Source of the DNA: Phoronis australis
Lineage: Eukaryota > Animalia > Phoronida
DNA length: 64,000 nucleotides
Reading direction: 5' to 3'
NCBI GenBank assembly: GCA_002633005.1
Contig: NMRA01000030.1
Span: 1,169,957 to 1,233,956, forward strand
In this document: in pieces, positions 1 through 12,800 of the stretch
Layout of the letters: every line of letters starts with the position of its first letter
How positions within the stretch are numbered: position 1 is the stretch's first letter
Translations under genes and position numbers: made by a program
The notes under the pieces: generated by a model
What the model was told of the DNA's origin: nothing
The model's database searches: none
What the model saw: only the letters and a program-made list of their open reading frames with translations

Positions 1-615
1 AAATCGCTGATCCAAATCCTGGCCAAATCTGCGCATTATGCTGAGACCAACCGTCTGATCAGGGCCACCTAAGAGTAATTTGGTTAATTCGCTCACTAGA
101 CTATGGCTGAAGGTCCTCGTAAGGACAAGAGTTCACCAGTCACTACCATTGGAAGAAATTTAGCGGACATTTTTCGTCAAAAAGTTTACCAGATAGTTTT
201 CATCAAAACGGAGAAAAGAAAAATGGATTTGTGAAGACAGGATTAAGTAGTAGGCCTACCAGAGCCTCTTAAAAAACACCCATCTTCGAAGTGTCGTGAA
301 CAAATGTATGAGTTTTTTTTTGGAAGAAAAACTTCCATTCACGTCGACGCAAGAACATAACTTTTTCTCCCAAAGCGGATTTTGTGGTCTTCGTACACTA
401 TGGAAGCTAACGCCTCTGCACTTCGCCTGCGTAGCCGAACAACCGGCCACACAGCAACCGACCATGATTAGCAGACGACGTACTTGCCGGAAATTACACC
501 AGATAATTGAGCCAGGTGTCGCCAGTGAATAATGACGTAAAGGCTTGTGCGCAAGCTCACAGATTTCGTCCATTGAAAGTAATCGGAGTTGGCGGTCCAT
601 GTACTATAGTCTATG
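1..615 (-). mobile_element. THAP-bearing DNA transposon relic (P-superfamily-like CATAG terminus), left part outside window
   Basis: Minus strand from 465: MVGCCVAGC..SFH, then frameshifted SYICSRHFEDGCF (THAP C2CH). End segment is shared with 10510-10673. Confidence 0.65.
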
Positions 616-733
616 ATCAAAATTACTTTTCTGACACAAATCTGGATTCTGCCACTTTTAGTAAGATATTGAAGTCTAGTAGTGTGCTTGTGATTGCCTG
701 AATTAATCTGTCTGTTTGCACTGTTTTCCACAG

Positions 734-839
734 GTGAGCAAAGGTAATACCACGATGTCCTTCTACAGCTTACCTGAGTTTGAGGAATGGAAGAAAGATA
801 CTGAAAACTGGCACACATACAAAGTCAAATACTACAAAG
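734..839 (+). CDS. TOP2: TOP2 exon (VSKG...[11 protein letters not shown]...KYYKG)
   Basis: cag acceptor 731-733, gt donor 840. Confidence 0.93.
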
Positions 840-3800
840 GTATTTATTTTGAGGTGACAGGAAACTATAAAGTTTGGCATGGTACAGGTGTTTGGTGCAA
901 ATTTTTCCATTAACAGTTGTATTTTATTGTTGTTAGCATGTCTGTCGTGCAAAGTTTTAGAGTGCTGTTTGAATGCAAAACAACCAAGAAATAATTTATG
1001 GGCCATGCAGTTTGGTGTGAGCTCATAGTTGTGACAACCACATAATTTTAGTGTACAGATCTTGGGTCAATTAATAAAATAAACATTTCATTTACTGGTT
1101 TTCTAATTCCTAACACTAGTAAGCTCAATCACTTTTCAAAAAATCCTGCTGAATTTGTGCGAATAGTGCTCAAATAGTCCCGGAGAAGTCACTCCTGTGA
1201 ATAATATGTAGTGTATGCGAGTTCAGATAAGGAAAGGTAATATGTTTGCGTATCGATACACCACTAACTATAGGATTGATGATTATTAACACAGGCATTT
1301 CAACAACATCTACTTTCTACTACTTTTTACAGGTTTTCCAACTTCTAGTCCTTTGATGTTATTACTTTTAAGTACTTTTTGGCAAGGTGTGTTGCCAAGT
1401 AGATTCTTGATATGAAAGAAGTTCAGAAGTTGTCAACAACAAACTACTTATTTCAAGTTGTTTTTCTTAAAATGTAGCTCATCAACGTGTTTAGGTGATA
1501 GTGGAGCCACATGTTGCTCATCAACGTGTTTAGGTGATAGTGGAGCCAAATGTTGCTCATCAACGTGTTTAGGTGATAGTGGAGCCAAATGTTGCTCATC
1601 AACGTGTTTAGGTGGTAATGGAGCCAAATGTTGCTCATCAACGTGTTTAGATGATAGTGGGGCCAAATGTCGTTCATCAACGTGTTAAGGTGATAGTGGA
1701 GCCACATGTTGTTGAGACTAAAACAAATGGTTTTCTTGTTCAGAGATGGGGAAAACCACGTGTATATGACATCCACATCTGCATGGCAACTTGTGTTTGG
1801 CTTAACTGCCATTCCAGTCAGATTGCGATTTAAAACAAATGGCAAGCCTGATTACCAAGCTTAGATATATACATTATAGATTTCTACGGATACTTTAAAA
1901 TGTAACAGTAATTCAGCCAAAAAAGCAGTTTTGTTGTATGAGAGCTTGCATTTCGTGACGTAACCGTTTGCCAATGATGATGATGTTGGATGGTTGCTTT
2001 TACTATTCATAACAATGGACAAATCATGAGGTAGACCATGTCTGAATCAGTATTTAGCATTGTGCCGGTATACGTTGCATTGTATTCATTTTTCGTCCAC
2101 CTGGTCACGGGTAAAATACTGCAACACAGGTAACTTATTTGTTTCCTTTAGCTTGCTGCTGTGTTTACAGTTTTTACTGTGTAGTAACTTTGTTGTAAGA
2201 GGTGGTTCTCTGTACCTCTGTGAGTGGAATTGCGTGGCTGAGACCAGCATTTGCACTCTATGCCATGTAGAGAGTCGTTACTTTAAAAGAAAATTTGAAG
2301 TTATGCATATATATTTCGCAAATGTAATGAAGTTAAGCTGCAATAGCGATCAGAGTTTTAGTGCATCGATATTTCAAGATTACTGTGCTGTTTTGAGTCA
2401 TACCGGAAAAACATTTCGGTTGGGTTGTGTATTGTGTTGTGTACCATCTCAGCCCTAGAAATAACAGCCTGGACATGTAGTAATGTACATTGAATGCTCG
2501 GTCAGTGGTGTGGGGACATGACAAAATATATCCCTTGCGTCATTTACTAGCATTGATGTTGAAGCACAAATGCTTCAGGTGAAATTTGTTTCATGGTCTT
2601 TGGAAAAGTTGAGTAAAATGTAAATTGTAGCACTGCCACAGTCTACGGTCATTTGTCAACCAACGGCTGCTTGCTGTTGTTTCCTCCGTTGCGTGACAAT
2701 GTTGTACCAGGGCTTGGAGTTGTCCTCTTTTAAAAGGATTTTCTCTGTTTTGGTTTCTATTTCATTGATTTCCAGTTTCCTCTTTTTTTCGTATCTTTAT
2801 AAATTCATTATTTTTACTTTATTCATGCAAAAACGTTTATTTCAGTTAAAATTTTACAACACAAAAATATTTCTATCACGCAACCATATTTATTTGTGGA
2901 ATGGTACATCACCTGGAAAATTTTCCTCTTTTTTGTCATTGGTCATTACAAGCTCTGTTGTATAGTGAAGGAATTGGAATCCTTGATGTTGGTTCATGGT
3001 CGGTTTGTGGACTTTGCTTTGACCTTGCTGAAGTAGGAGTGTGGCCATTGGTGCCTAAATGTTCCACTTCAGTAAGAAAAGATTAAGACCCTACTGGCTG
3101 CTCTGTGTGGGTTAATTGTGCTTTGATCCCGACTATACTGGTATCCTTTCATGGTGAAAGAGTCTATCTTCAGTAAAACCAGGAAACCCAGGATGAACTG
3201 AGATCAAGGACTTTGAATCGTCATTGCATCATCTCTGAATAAATGATTTATATTTTCCTCATTTGTAGTAGAAATTGACATTGACTTTAGTGAATATGTC
3301 ATAGACTTTCATCATTGGCATTAACTGATTTCTCTGATGAGAAATGTATTGGGTGTTGTAAGTTTGTTACTAGATGCTTGTGTTCACTTACCTCCTCAGG
3401 TTTGGGTACGAGTACAGCCAAGGAGGCAAAAGACTACTTCTCCGACATGAACAGGCACCTTATCCCCTTTAAGTATGTGGGCCCAGAAGACGACAGTTCC
3501 ATAGTACTGGTGAGTACATATGAAGGCACTATGTCCCCTGCTGATATGTGAGCCCGGAGATGGATAGCTCCATAGTACTGGTCAGTACATTAGCAAGCAC
3601 TACAGCAAACATCACGAATTATTGTATGACCGGTCCGCTAGCAGTTGACGACAGGCCGTCGGCTAATTTTTAGCTGACTGGCAGCCGGCCGTGGTGCCGA
3701 CTCAAGGCAACCCCCCAGCCGACTCTTATTGCGGACCGGTCATCAGCCTACCCTCTGGTTGGCTGCTATTTTTAGAGTAGCAGTTGTGTAATAGGTTGTC

Positions 3801-6800
3801 AGGCTGCTACTGCTTTGCGTGCCGATGCATATTCGTCTCAGCACAGTGTCAAATATATTAACCTAGTTTTACTGTGTCTCCATTACATGACTTCACATGG
3901 GTTGTGTAACACCCCTAATTCGATGGTTGAATGCAAGCGGTAATATTGAACATTGGATTATGGACAATGCAACAAGGTTTGGATAACAAAACGTGAAAGT
4001 TTTCTTTACATTTGATCTTTTGACTCGTGACATTAACAAGTTGCATTAGATTGGCTGCTTCAAGGTCAATACAACGCTGTAGTGATTTTGTAAACAGCTA
4101 TTTTCGCCCACACTTGTTTTTTGTTTGTGTTGCACCGAACTGCATATTTTTGCGTTTTTAAACTTCTTCATGAGTCTCCAACCACGCGCCCATGATGGGA
4201 TAGTGAGCGAGTTACTGCACCGAAGAGCTCTTACTCCATGGATTTTGTTTTCATAGTATTAACCTTGCAGTAAAGACGCAAAATACACGGTCCTGTATGC
4301 CCTAATCCCACAGACTTGGAAGGCTCTAAATTTGAAATCATATGGTTTCGATTTCCATGAACTTAGACAGTGACATCAAACACGGAATTACCACTGTTGA
4401 GGCTACAACCAATTCTAGCTTAAGTTTGCACATTCCGTTTCCATGCATACAGGGTCACGGTCTTAGGCATATGTTTTGTAATATCGGTTGCATTATATGT
4501 AACAATTGTAAATACCATGTCCGTGTACAATAAGCCAGTCACATTTATGTCTGATCACAATGCTTCCTCCTGTTTTGAAAACAAACAATCATTTTCATAT
4601 TTTTCGGAAAGAACGTGAAATACAACAAAATTATGATAGTCCAGATTCTACATTAAATCGCACGTGCGTTCATCGACCAACAGATGAGAGAAAACGATGA
4701 AACAACTGCCACTTGTTATCAATCATGGTAGAAAAAATTATTTGTATCATTGCCACAAGAAGTTTACAAAGCAGTCAGTGTCTGTAACTGTTCTGTCTAT
4801 ATTGTTGATTAATCAGAGCTTGGAATTTTCCGCGGAAACGCAGATTTCTGCTTTTTTCAAATGTTCTGTCCACGTTTCTTATATTTCGGATTTGATATAA
4901 AATTTCCACGGCAAATTTCTTTCTTACTGTGGCGTTGCCGACGACTTTCACCTCGAAAAGCGGAAGTTGCTCTTTATGTTTCGGAGCCAAAGTTTATCCG
5001 CTTAATCATAAAATGGTAATATCCGACTAAGAACACCCATAATCCGAATTGGTCGTCTATGCTAGGCGACCACTTTGACGACCGCAGAGGCGATTCGGCA
5101 GACGGCTCCTAGCCAGGCCTTTATGCAGCGTACGTCCTGGCAAGGATGCCCAATGTATAAATAGGAACCTTTCAAGTTTGGACACACACATTGTAATGAT
5201 TACTAGGAAGCCCAGTATGAAGACTCACAGAGGTGGCTCTTTTTTCAAAGCAGGAAGACATATACAGTGTATATACAAAGTAACAAAGTATGTCCAATGT
5301 TGCTATGCTCACACTTGGTTGCTAGCATTGTAAAAGTCTTGGTCTACACAGTTTTTTTAGTAAAAATGCTCACTACAGAAGGCTGTTTTGTAAACTTAGA
5401 TGTAAAAACCTTGGTCTATGCATTTTTTGTAAATAAATCTGTGTGTTTGGGGGGATTGCTGGGGGTGGGGGGATACGCGTCAGAATGATGGACGCCCTGG
5501 AATATTGGGAACCCCATTTTGGACACCCTATTTTCGAAATCCTGGATAAAGGCCTGCTCCTAGCCGACTGTTGTTGGTCGGCTGCTAGTTGCCTAGAGGG
5601 CCGGTCATCATCCAATTTCCGACTAGTAGGACAAAAATTCGTGATGTGTGCTGTATGTCCCCTGCTGATACATGAGCCCGGAGATAGATAGCTCCATAGT
5701 ACTGGTCAGTACTGATGATAATGTCTTGCTTTTGGTGAGCATATTCCTAAGAGCTGATTCACAGTTGTGTAGTTCACATGTTGTAAATAACCTAGTGTTG
5801 CAATTTACCTAGTATGTATAGGGGCTACGGTCACCATTTTATATACTTGAGTGTTCCCAGATGAACTTAATGGAAAATGTGAGTCAAATGTGCCACGTTT
5901 TTCAAAATCACTTCCCTGATGTTTGAAACAAGCCACTAAGTACAAGTGTCTGTATGTGATGGAAGGCAGGCTCATTGTTGTATTGTTAACATGGCAGTCT
6001 CAAGAACTGGTTGACTACATCAAGGCATGCAAGTGTTCTTGCAAGTTACAGTGTGACTCTCAGTTCATTTGACTCAGCCTTGTGGCCTCTCCTCATCTAT
6101 GCAATTTTGGATTTTACTGAAAGTGATCGCATTTTATCTGTTGCAGGCATTCAGTAAGAAGAAGATAGAGGAGAGAAAAGAGTGGCTGAGAAACTGGATG
6201 GAAGAAAAGAAGAGACGGGCTGAAATGGGTCTTCCTGAGGTAGGAAAGAGTGGGTCTGTCTGAGTAAAGTGGGAATGGCTTAGGTAAGAGAGAGTGAGTC
6301 TGCCTCAGGTAACAGAGACTGGGTCTGGCTGAAGTAAGAGGGAATCAGCCTGTCTGAGGTATTGAGGGAGTTGGTCTGACTGAGGTAAGAGGGATTGAGT
6401 CTGTCTGAGGTGAGGGGGAATAGGTCTGTCAGAGGTAAGAGGGAGTGAGTCTGTCTGAGGTGAGGGGGAATGGGTCTGTCAGAGGTAAGCGGGAGTTGGT
6501 CTGTCTGAGGTAAGAGGGAGTGGGTCTGGCTGATGTAAGACAGAATGAGTCTGACTTTGGTAAGAAAAAATCGGTCTCTCTGTGGTAAGAGGGAATGGGT
6601 CTGTCTGTGGTAAGAGGGAATGGGTGTGACTGATGTCAGAGGGAATGGGTCTGTCTGATGTAAGAGGAGTTAGTTTGTCTGAGGTCATGGAAGGAATGGG
6701 TCTGTGTGAGGTAAGAGGGAATGGGTCTGTCTGAGGTAGGAGGGTGTCGGTCTGTCTGAGGTAGGAGGGTGTCGGTCTGTCTGAGTTAGGAAGGAGTTGG

Positions 6801-9800
6801 TCTGTCTGAGGTAAGAGGGAATGGGTCTTTCTGAGGTAAGAGAAAGTTGGTCTGTCTGAGGTAAGAGCAAGGCTTGGAATTTTCCGCGCAAACGCGGATT
6901 TCCGCTTTTTTCAAATGTTCTGTCCGCGTATTTTATTATATTTCCGCTTAAAAAAATCAGATTTGATGTAAAATTTCCGTGGCAAAATTCTTTCTTACTG
7001 CGGCGTTGCCATGCCGACGACTTTCACCTCGAAAAGCGGAAGTTGCTCTTTATGCTTCGAAGGAATGTAAATTGTCAACATTGCCGGGGCATCTAGCGTC
7101 TCGTGTGATTGTAAACCGCGGTGTCAAATACTACGACTCTGCAGCCAAAAATGTGTGGAGGTGGAAGTGGTTGGACGAGCTAAAAACACGCAGACGCACA
7201 CTTCTGGAGGTGGTACTGTTTTTTTATATTTTTTTAGTCCTCCCAATTTTTCTCGACAAAAGGTTCACATCGACTGTTTCAAGGCTGAGTGCGCGCATGT
7301 TTTGGGCCGTAAAAATTTCCGCTTTCTTTGTTATTGGTCATTCCAAGCCCTGTAAGAGGGAGTGGGTCTGACTGAGGTAAGAGGGAATGGGTGTGACTGA
7401 GGTAAGAGGGAGTGGGTCTGTCTGAGGTAAGAGGAGTTTGTATGTCTGAGGTAAGAAGGAATGGGTCTTCTGAAGTAAGAGGGAGTTGGTCTGTCTGAGG
7501 TAAGAGGGAATGGATCTGAGTGTGGTAAGAGCAAATGGGGATGGAAGGGAGGTTGTACTACTAGGGTAAGTTGAGGGGAAGAGCCGAAGAAAGTCTTATA
7601 TAGGAAGGGAAATGCTTTAGTAAGGTTTCATTGGTGGCACTGAAGGGAGCATTGGAGAGGTACGGATAGAAAATACATTTTGTGGCAAAATGATGGAAAT
7701 TTCCTCATACTTGTGGATTGTCTTTAAAGACAGCAAACAAAACCTAGAAATAGCTTTGTTCATAAAGGACATTAAAAGTGCTAATGTTGTGAAGTGAAGA
7801 AAGTAAGAGACTCTTGAAAAGTAAGTAGGCTTTGTCTTATTCATCTGTTCATATGATTTACTTATTTTCTATGACTTGGGGAGTATGAAAGTGATTCAAG
7901 GTAAGATAGGGGCCTCCCTGAAACGTGTTCATACAAAAGTTTTTCCTTTCAGATCTATGTGTATGGCAAAGACACCAAGCACCTGACATACAATGAGTTT
8001 GTGAATCGAGAGTTGATCCTGTTCAGCAACATGGATAATGAACGGTCAATTCCAAGTCTCTGTGATGGTGAGTATGTCTGAGGTGGGCATGGACAATGAA
8101 CGATCCATTCCAAGTTTATGTGATGGTGAATATGTTTGAGGTGGACATGGACAATGAACAATCCATTCCAAATCGATGTGATGGTGAATACGTCTGAGGT
8201 GGACATGGACAATGAACGATCCATTCCAAATCGATGTGATAGTGAGTACGTCCGTCATCGCACCCCTCTCATCTCTACTGTCAAGCTTGTTCGATACAAT
8301 ATTCATCAATTTCTGTGATGTTATCGTGTTCATTATGGCACTTAATAATGCCTGCATGAGCAATGGATTTCCCTTGCAATTCTACCCTTGTCTTCCCAAT
8401 GGAATGTTTGACACCAGAAACATTTTTGCAAGCGTTAAAACATGGAGATGTATACTAACCACTGTGGCCATTCGACACAGACTTTACTGTCAGTTGTATT
8501 CGAACGCTCAGTCAGCAAAATTTTCTGTTTTTCAAGTATACTAACCACTGGTTAACATTTTGATTGGCTTTTATTTGGACATCACTTATATCTCGGAAAT
8601 ACACTTTTAACTAATCATGGATTATATCATTTTTAGCCAACTTGTGTTCCAGATATACGATTGAACTTCTTTTTGGCGTCTTTGTTTTCACAGTTCTGAC
8701 TCTGTGTAAAGTTTGCTTTGCTTATCACCCAAGCAAGAAGGCATGGAACATTTGGCCGCACGTATTGTCACATGCGTGCTTTGATGCGTAAATTTATGTT
8801 GTACAGTTATTAGATGTGCAAGATCAAGTAGTTCACGTTTGTGTGTGCTGTTTGTTTCTAGGTCTTAAGCCTGGGCAGCGTAAAGTGATGTTTACATGCT
8901 TTAAGCGGAACTTGGTAAAGGAACTGAAAGTTGCCCAGTTGGCTGGCTCGGTGGCCGAGATTTCAGCTTATCACCACGGAGAGGTATGTGGAAGAAAACT
9001 TTATCAGTGTACTGAAACTGTTTAATAGCGAATCGTATTGGTCAATGTGAAAGTATAGTTATAATAAATAAGATGAATATTCGTGAAGATGATGTTTTCT
9101 CACTGCCAACAGTTCAAAAATCTAAGGGCTGTTCCAGTAAAATCTGTATGGGAGGTAGGGGGAAGGCACCTTTTTTCGCACCCACCACCCATATTTTTCA
9201 TTTATTTCTTCAGCCTACCACCCGTAATTTTTTATAAGTTTGAAATGCAACCACCCGTAATATTTTTTTGTTCTTGTGGTTGACTGCACAGGCGCTTGAG
9301 TTTATCTGTTCCTCCATCACCACTAACGTCATTCATTACTAAGAAAACATATGTTTCTTATATATGGTTATTAGCCATCGAGAAATTCGAGCACCTGTGG
9401 TTAAATGGTGTTATGGACATGCCAATGAGGAGATCAGAGGGAGTGAAAAAGTCGGAGCTTTTTGCAAGTTGCATTTTTGTTTCAGTTTTTTATTCTGTTC
9501 GGATTGTTTATAAAATTTACTAAAATTCCACACCATCAAACATTTATGGCCCAATGAAACAACGACCAGTAAATTTAAATTTTTTTGAAGTACAACCACC
9601 AGCCATTTTGAATTTAAATCAAACGCAACCACCCATAAATTTTTATTTCAGTTGCCTTCCCCCCCCACACAGAATTTGCTGGAACAGCCCTAACATGAAA
9701 AGTGGTTCAACCCGTGGGGCATGAATGAAACCTGTGCTAATAGAATGCATTCAAAATAGTTCCTACAAGTCATGTTTTGAAATTTTTTGTACCAATTTTA

Positions 9801-12800
9801 ACAGAGTGTGTGCATTTTCCATTAACAAGCTTATTTTCTTTTGAAAGAGCATCAGTATGACTGGCACTGCTTCTAATCATTGTGATTCCCTTGTCAGGCT
9901 TCACTGATGGGTACCATAATCAATTTGGCCCAGAATTTTGTGGGCAGTAACAACATCAACCTACTGCAGCCCATTGGACAGTTTGGTACGCGCTTACATG
10001 GAGGAAAGGATGCTGCCAGCCCCCGTTACATCTTCACCGCTCTAAGGTAGGTCATCACTAGGCATGGGACTGTGCTTATTAGTTAGAATGACATACAGGC
10101 TTACGGTTCAAGCTGGCTGTGCACTTGAAATTATAGACAACAGATTCGCAACTCTCACATTTTCTTGCGAAATATCCTAGAGGAGCTCAGCTTCCGGTTA
10201 GTGTATTGTGACCGGAAATTCTTCCACCTATTATACTGTCTGGTACAAGGAAAGAAACTAATTTTGGCATTGAAATGTTGTTAAACATCTTCCATCAGTC
10301 CAGAAATTTTGAGGAGCTCTGGCGTGCATTAGAGCTTAAAATGAAATGTCAAGTAAACTGCTGTTGAAGTTCAAGATTGGTTTATGAGTAAGCCTGGTGG
10401 TTATTTTTGAAGTATTAATATGAGCGTTATTTAACTAGTTAATGTTTTACAAGAGTTCAATTTATTTAAGCACGGATGTGAGTTGGGCAAAATTGCTGAT
10501 CCAAATCCCGACAAAACAACCATGATTAGCAGACGATGTACTTGCCGGAAGTAATGCATGCTATATCTGCCAGGTGTCGCTGAAGAATGATGACGTCATG
10601 ACTTGCGCGAAAGATTACAGATTTCGTCCACTGAAAATATATGGAGTTGGCGATCCATGTACAATTGCTTATGATGTTATTGTTGTAGCTCACATTAAAA
10701 CGCTGTCATTTTAATGTTACTGTCATTGCAGCCCTCTTGCTAGACTTCTGTTCCCTGCCACTGATGAGCCTCTTCTCAAACACTGCTATGATGACAACGC
10801 CAAAATCGAGCCTGAGTGGTACCTTCCCATCATCCCAATGGTGCTCGTCAACGGAGCTGAGGGAATTGGCACTGGATGGAGTACCAAGATCCCGAACTAT
10901 GACCCCCGAGAAATAGTGGCCAACATCCGACGCTTACTGGATGGGCAAGACCCTGTTCCGATGGTTTGTTTTTCGTCACTTAGTCCATTAGTTAAAAACT
11001 TCATTATGTATTACTAAATAATAGCTGATTGCAATACTTCTAAATTTTTTATTGTTTGCATTACCTGATGACGATTTGCGGGCCATGTTACTTTCAATTG
11101 TTAATTCTGTAATTGTTGTGAGACGTATTATCCTGTTCAGATTTTTACAGAGGTTTTGATGGGATTGTATTCAATTGCACATTTAAAACAGAACTGTGAT
11201 GCTATCGTGCTTGAAATGCAACCAGAGCCCTCGCTTACTCGAGAAGAGATGTGCCTGTGCCATTTTGAGAGGGGAGCTTTTTCAAGGGAGGGTAAAGTTA
11301 CCCAGTCACCACCAATTCCATCCCCAATACATTTTGAAAACCCTTTTAATTGTGGGTGCTCTTATTTAGTTGTGCATGTTTCCAAAATTTTAACGATTTT
11401 TTCCATCCGCAGCTGTCCTTTGTTTTTTTTTTCTAGCAACCATCCTACAAGAACTTCAAGGGTTCCGTGGACGAGATTGAAGACCAGAAATATGTGACCA
11501 GTGGCGAAGTGTCTGTGTTGGACGAGACAACCATTGAGATCACAGAGCTTCCTGTGAGGTCGTGGACTCAGGCTTACAAAGAATCTGTCCTTGAACCCAT
11601 GCTGTATGGTACTGAGAAGACACCAGCTGTTATTACGTATGTTCTTTTCAATGCGTGTTCTCAGAAAGTCTATATGAGCTTCATCTAAACTCTGTCCCCA
11701 TAATCACCACTGGTTTGACAACCAAGTAGTTACAAAAACGTAACTATGTAAATTTGCATTTCAGCCTTGACAACTATCAGTAAATGAGAAAAAAAATTTT
11801 GATGGCTGATTGGTACTTATGAATGAAACATAAGAGGTTTGATCCAAATTCTCACAGGGGTGTTACGGTGATAAAGAGTGTGCCTTTTTTCATAAAGTGG
11901 TACCCAGCTCACATAGTGTATTTTAAGTGGTAACATATGAAACAGAAACCGCAAGGGCAATTGAAATAAGACCAGTCATGTTTTACCTGGCTGCTGTAAG
12001 TTGACTAGAATCTTGAATTTTAAAAGATGCGTCCTGGGGGCGCACTGCTGCAATGTGCTTGCACCTTTTTATTTTTGATGCGCTAATGGCGCAATGGCGC
12101 AGTCCAGGAATATCCCTGGGTGTTAGTGTTATGGTGGGATAGTTGGATGATGTTGGCCGTGTTTGTTTCTAAACACCCAATAGTATAATTGTCAATGTTA
12201 CCGAGTCATTATTGTGTGTAGGGACTATAAAGAGTACCACACAGACACAACAGTGAAGTTTGTGATCAAGATGAATCCTGCTAAGCTGTTGGAAGCTGAA
12301 GAGAAAGGGCTGCACTCGTTCTTCAAGCTGCAGTCATCCATGAGCACATCTAGTATGGTGAGTGGGGCCGAGATTGGTGTTTGTGGATGACTGTATGACT
12401 CAGACTGCAATCATCCATGAGCACATCAAGTATGGTGAATGGGACTGGTTTTGAGATCAGTGGTGCACTGATGTACAACTACTGTGATTGTACAAGTCTC
12501 GTTCATATTTTGCTCACTTACGACTCAAACACCTGTGTCTGTGTGTATCCTGTGCGGTTGTTTGTGTTTCATGTGCCATTGAGCTCAGACAGAGCCCACA
12601 TCATTTGGAGTTTTTCACAAAATATTTTTATAGTCTCTAGGTGCTGGAAGTCTTTTTGACTGATTTGCTAAGTCTTCTTTCTTCTTGAACTATCTTGACT
12701 TTTCTCAGGTATTGTTTGATCATATGGGTGTGCTGAAGCGTTACAACACTGTGGATGAGATCGTGCGTGAGTTTTACACCGTTCGTCTTGAGTATTACCA

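Noticed and set aside
863-892. Possible old echo of the first exon end (TAT AAA GTT..ACA GGT versus TAC AAA GTC..AAA GGT)
   Set aside because: Too short and too divergent to separate from chance; not counted among the six donor repeats.
1448-1845. ORFs with 13-aa repeats on both strands
   Set aside because: By-products of the 39-bp intronic minisatellite; no splice context.
6979-7371. 130-aa ORF with similar ORFs at 37032-37652
   Set aside because: Translations of two copies of a MITE; frames are not conserved between the copies.
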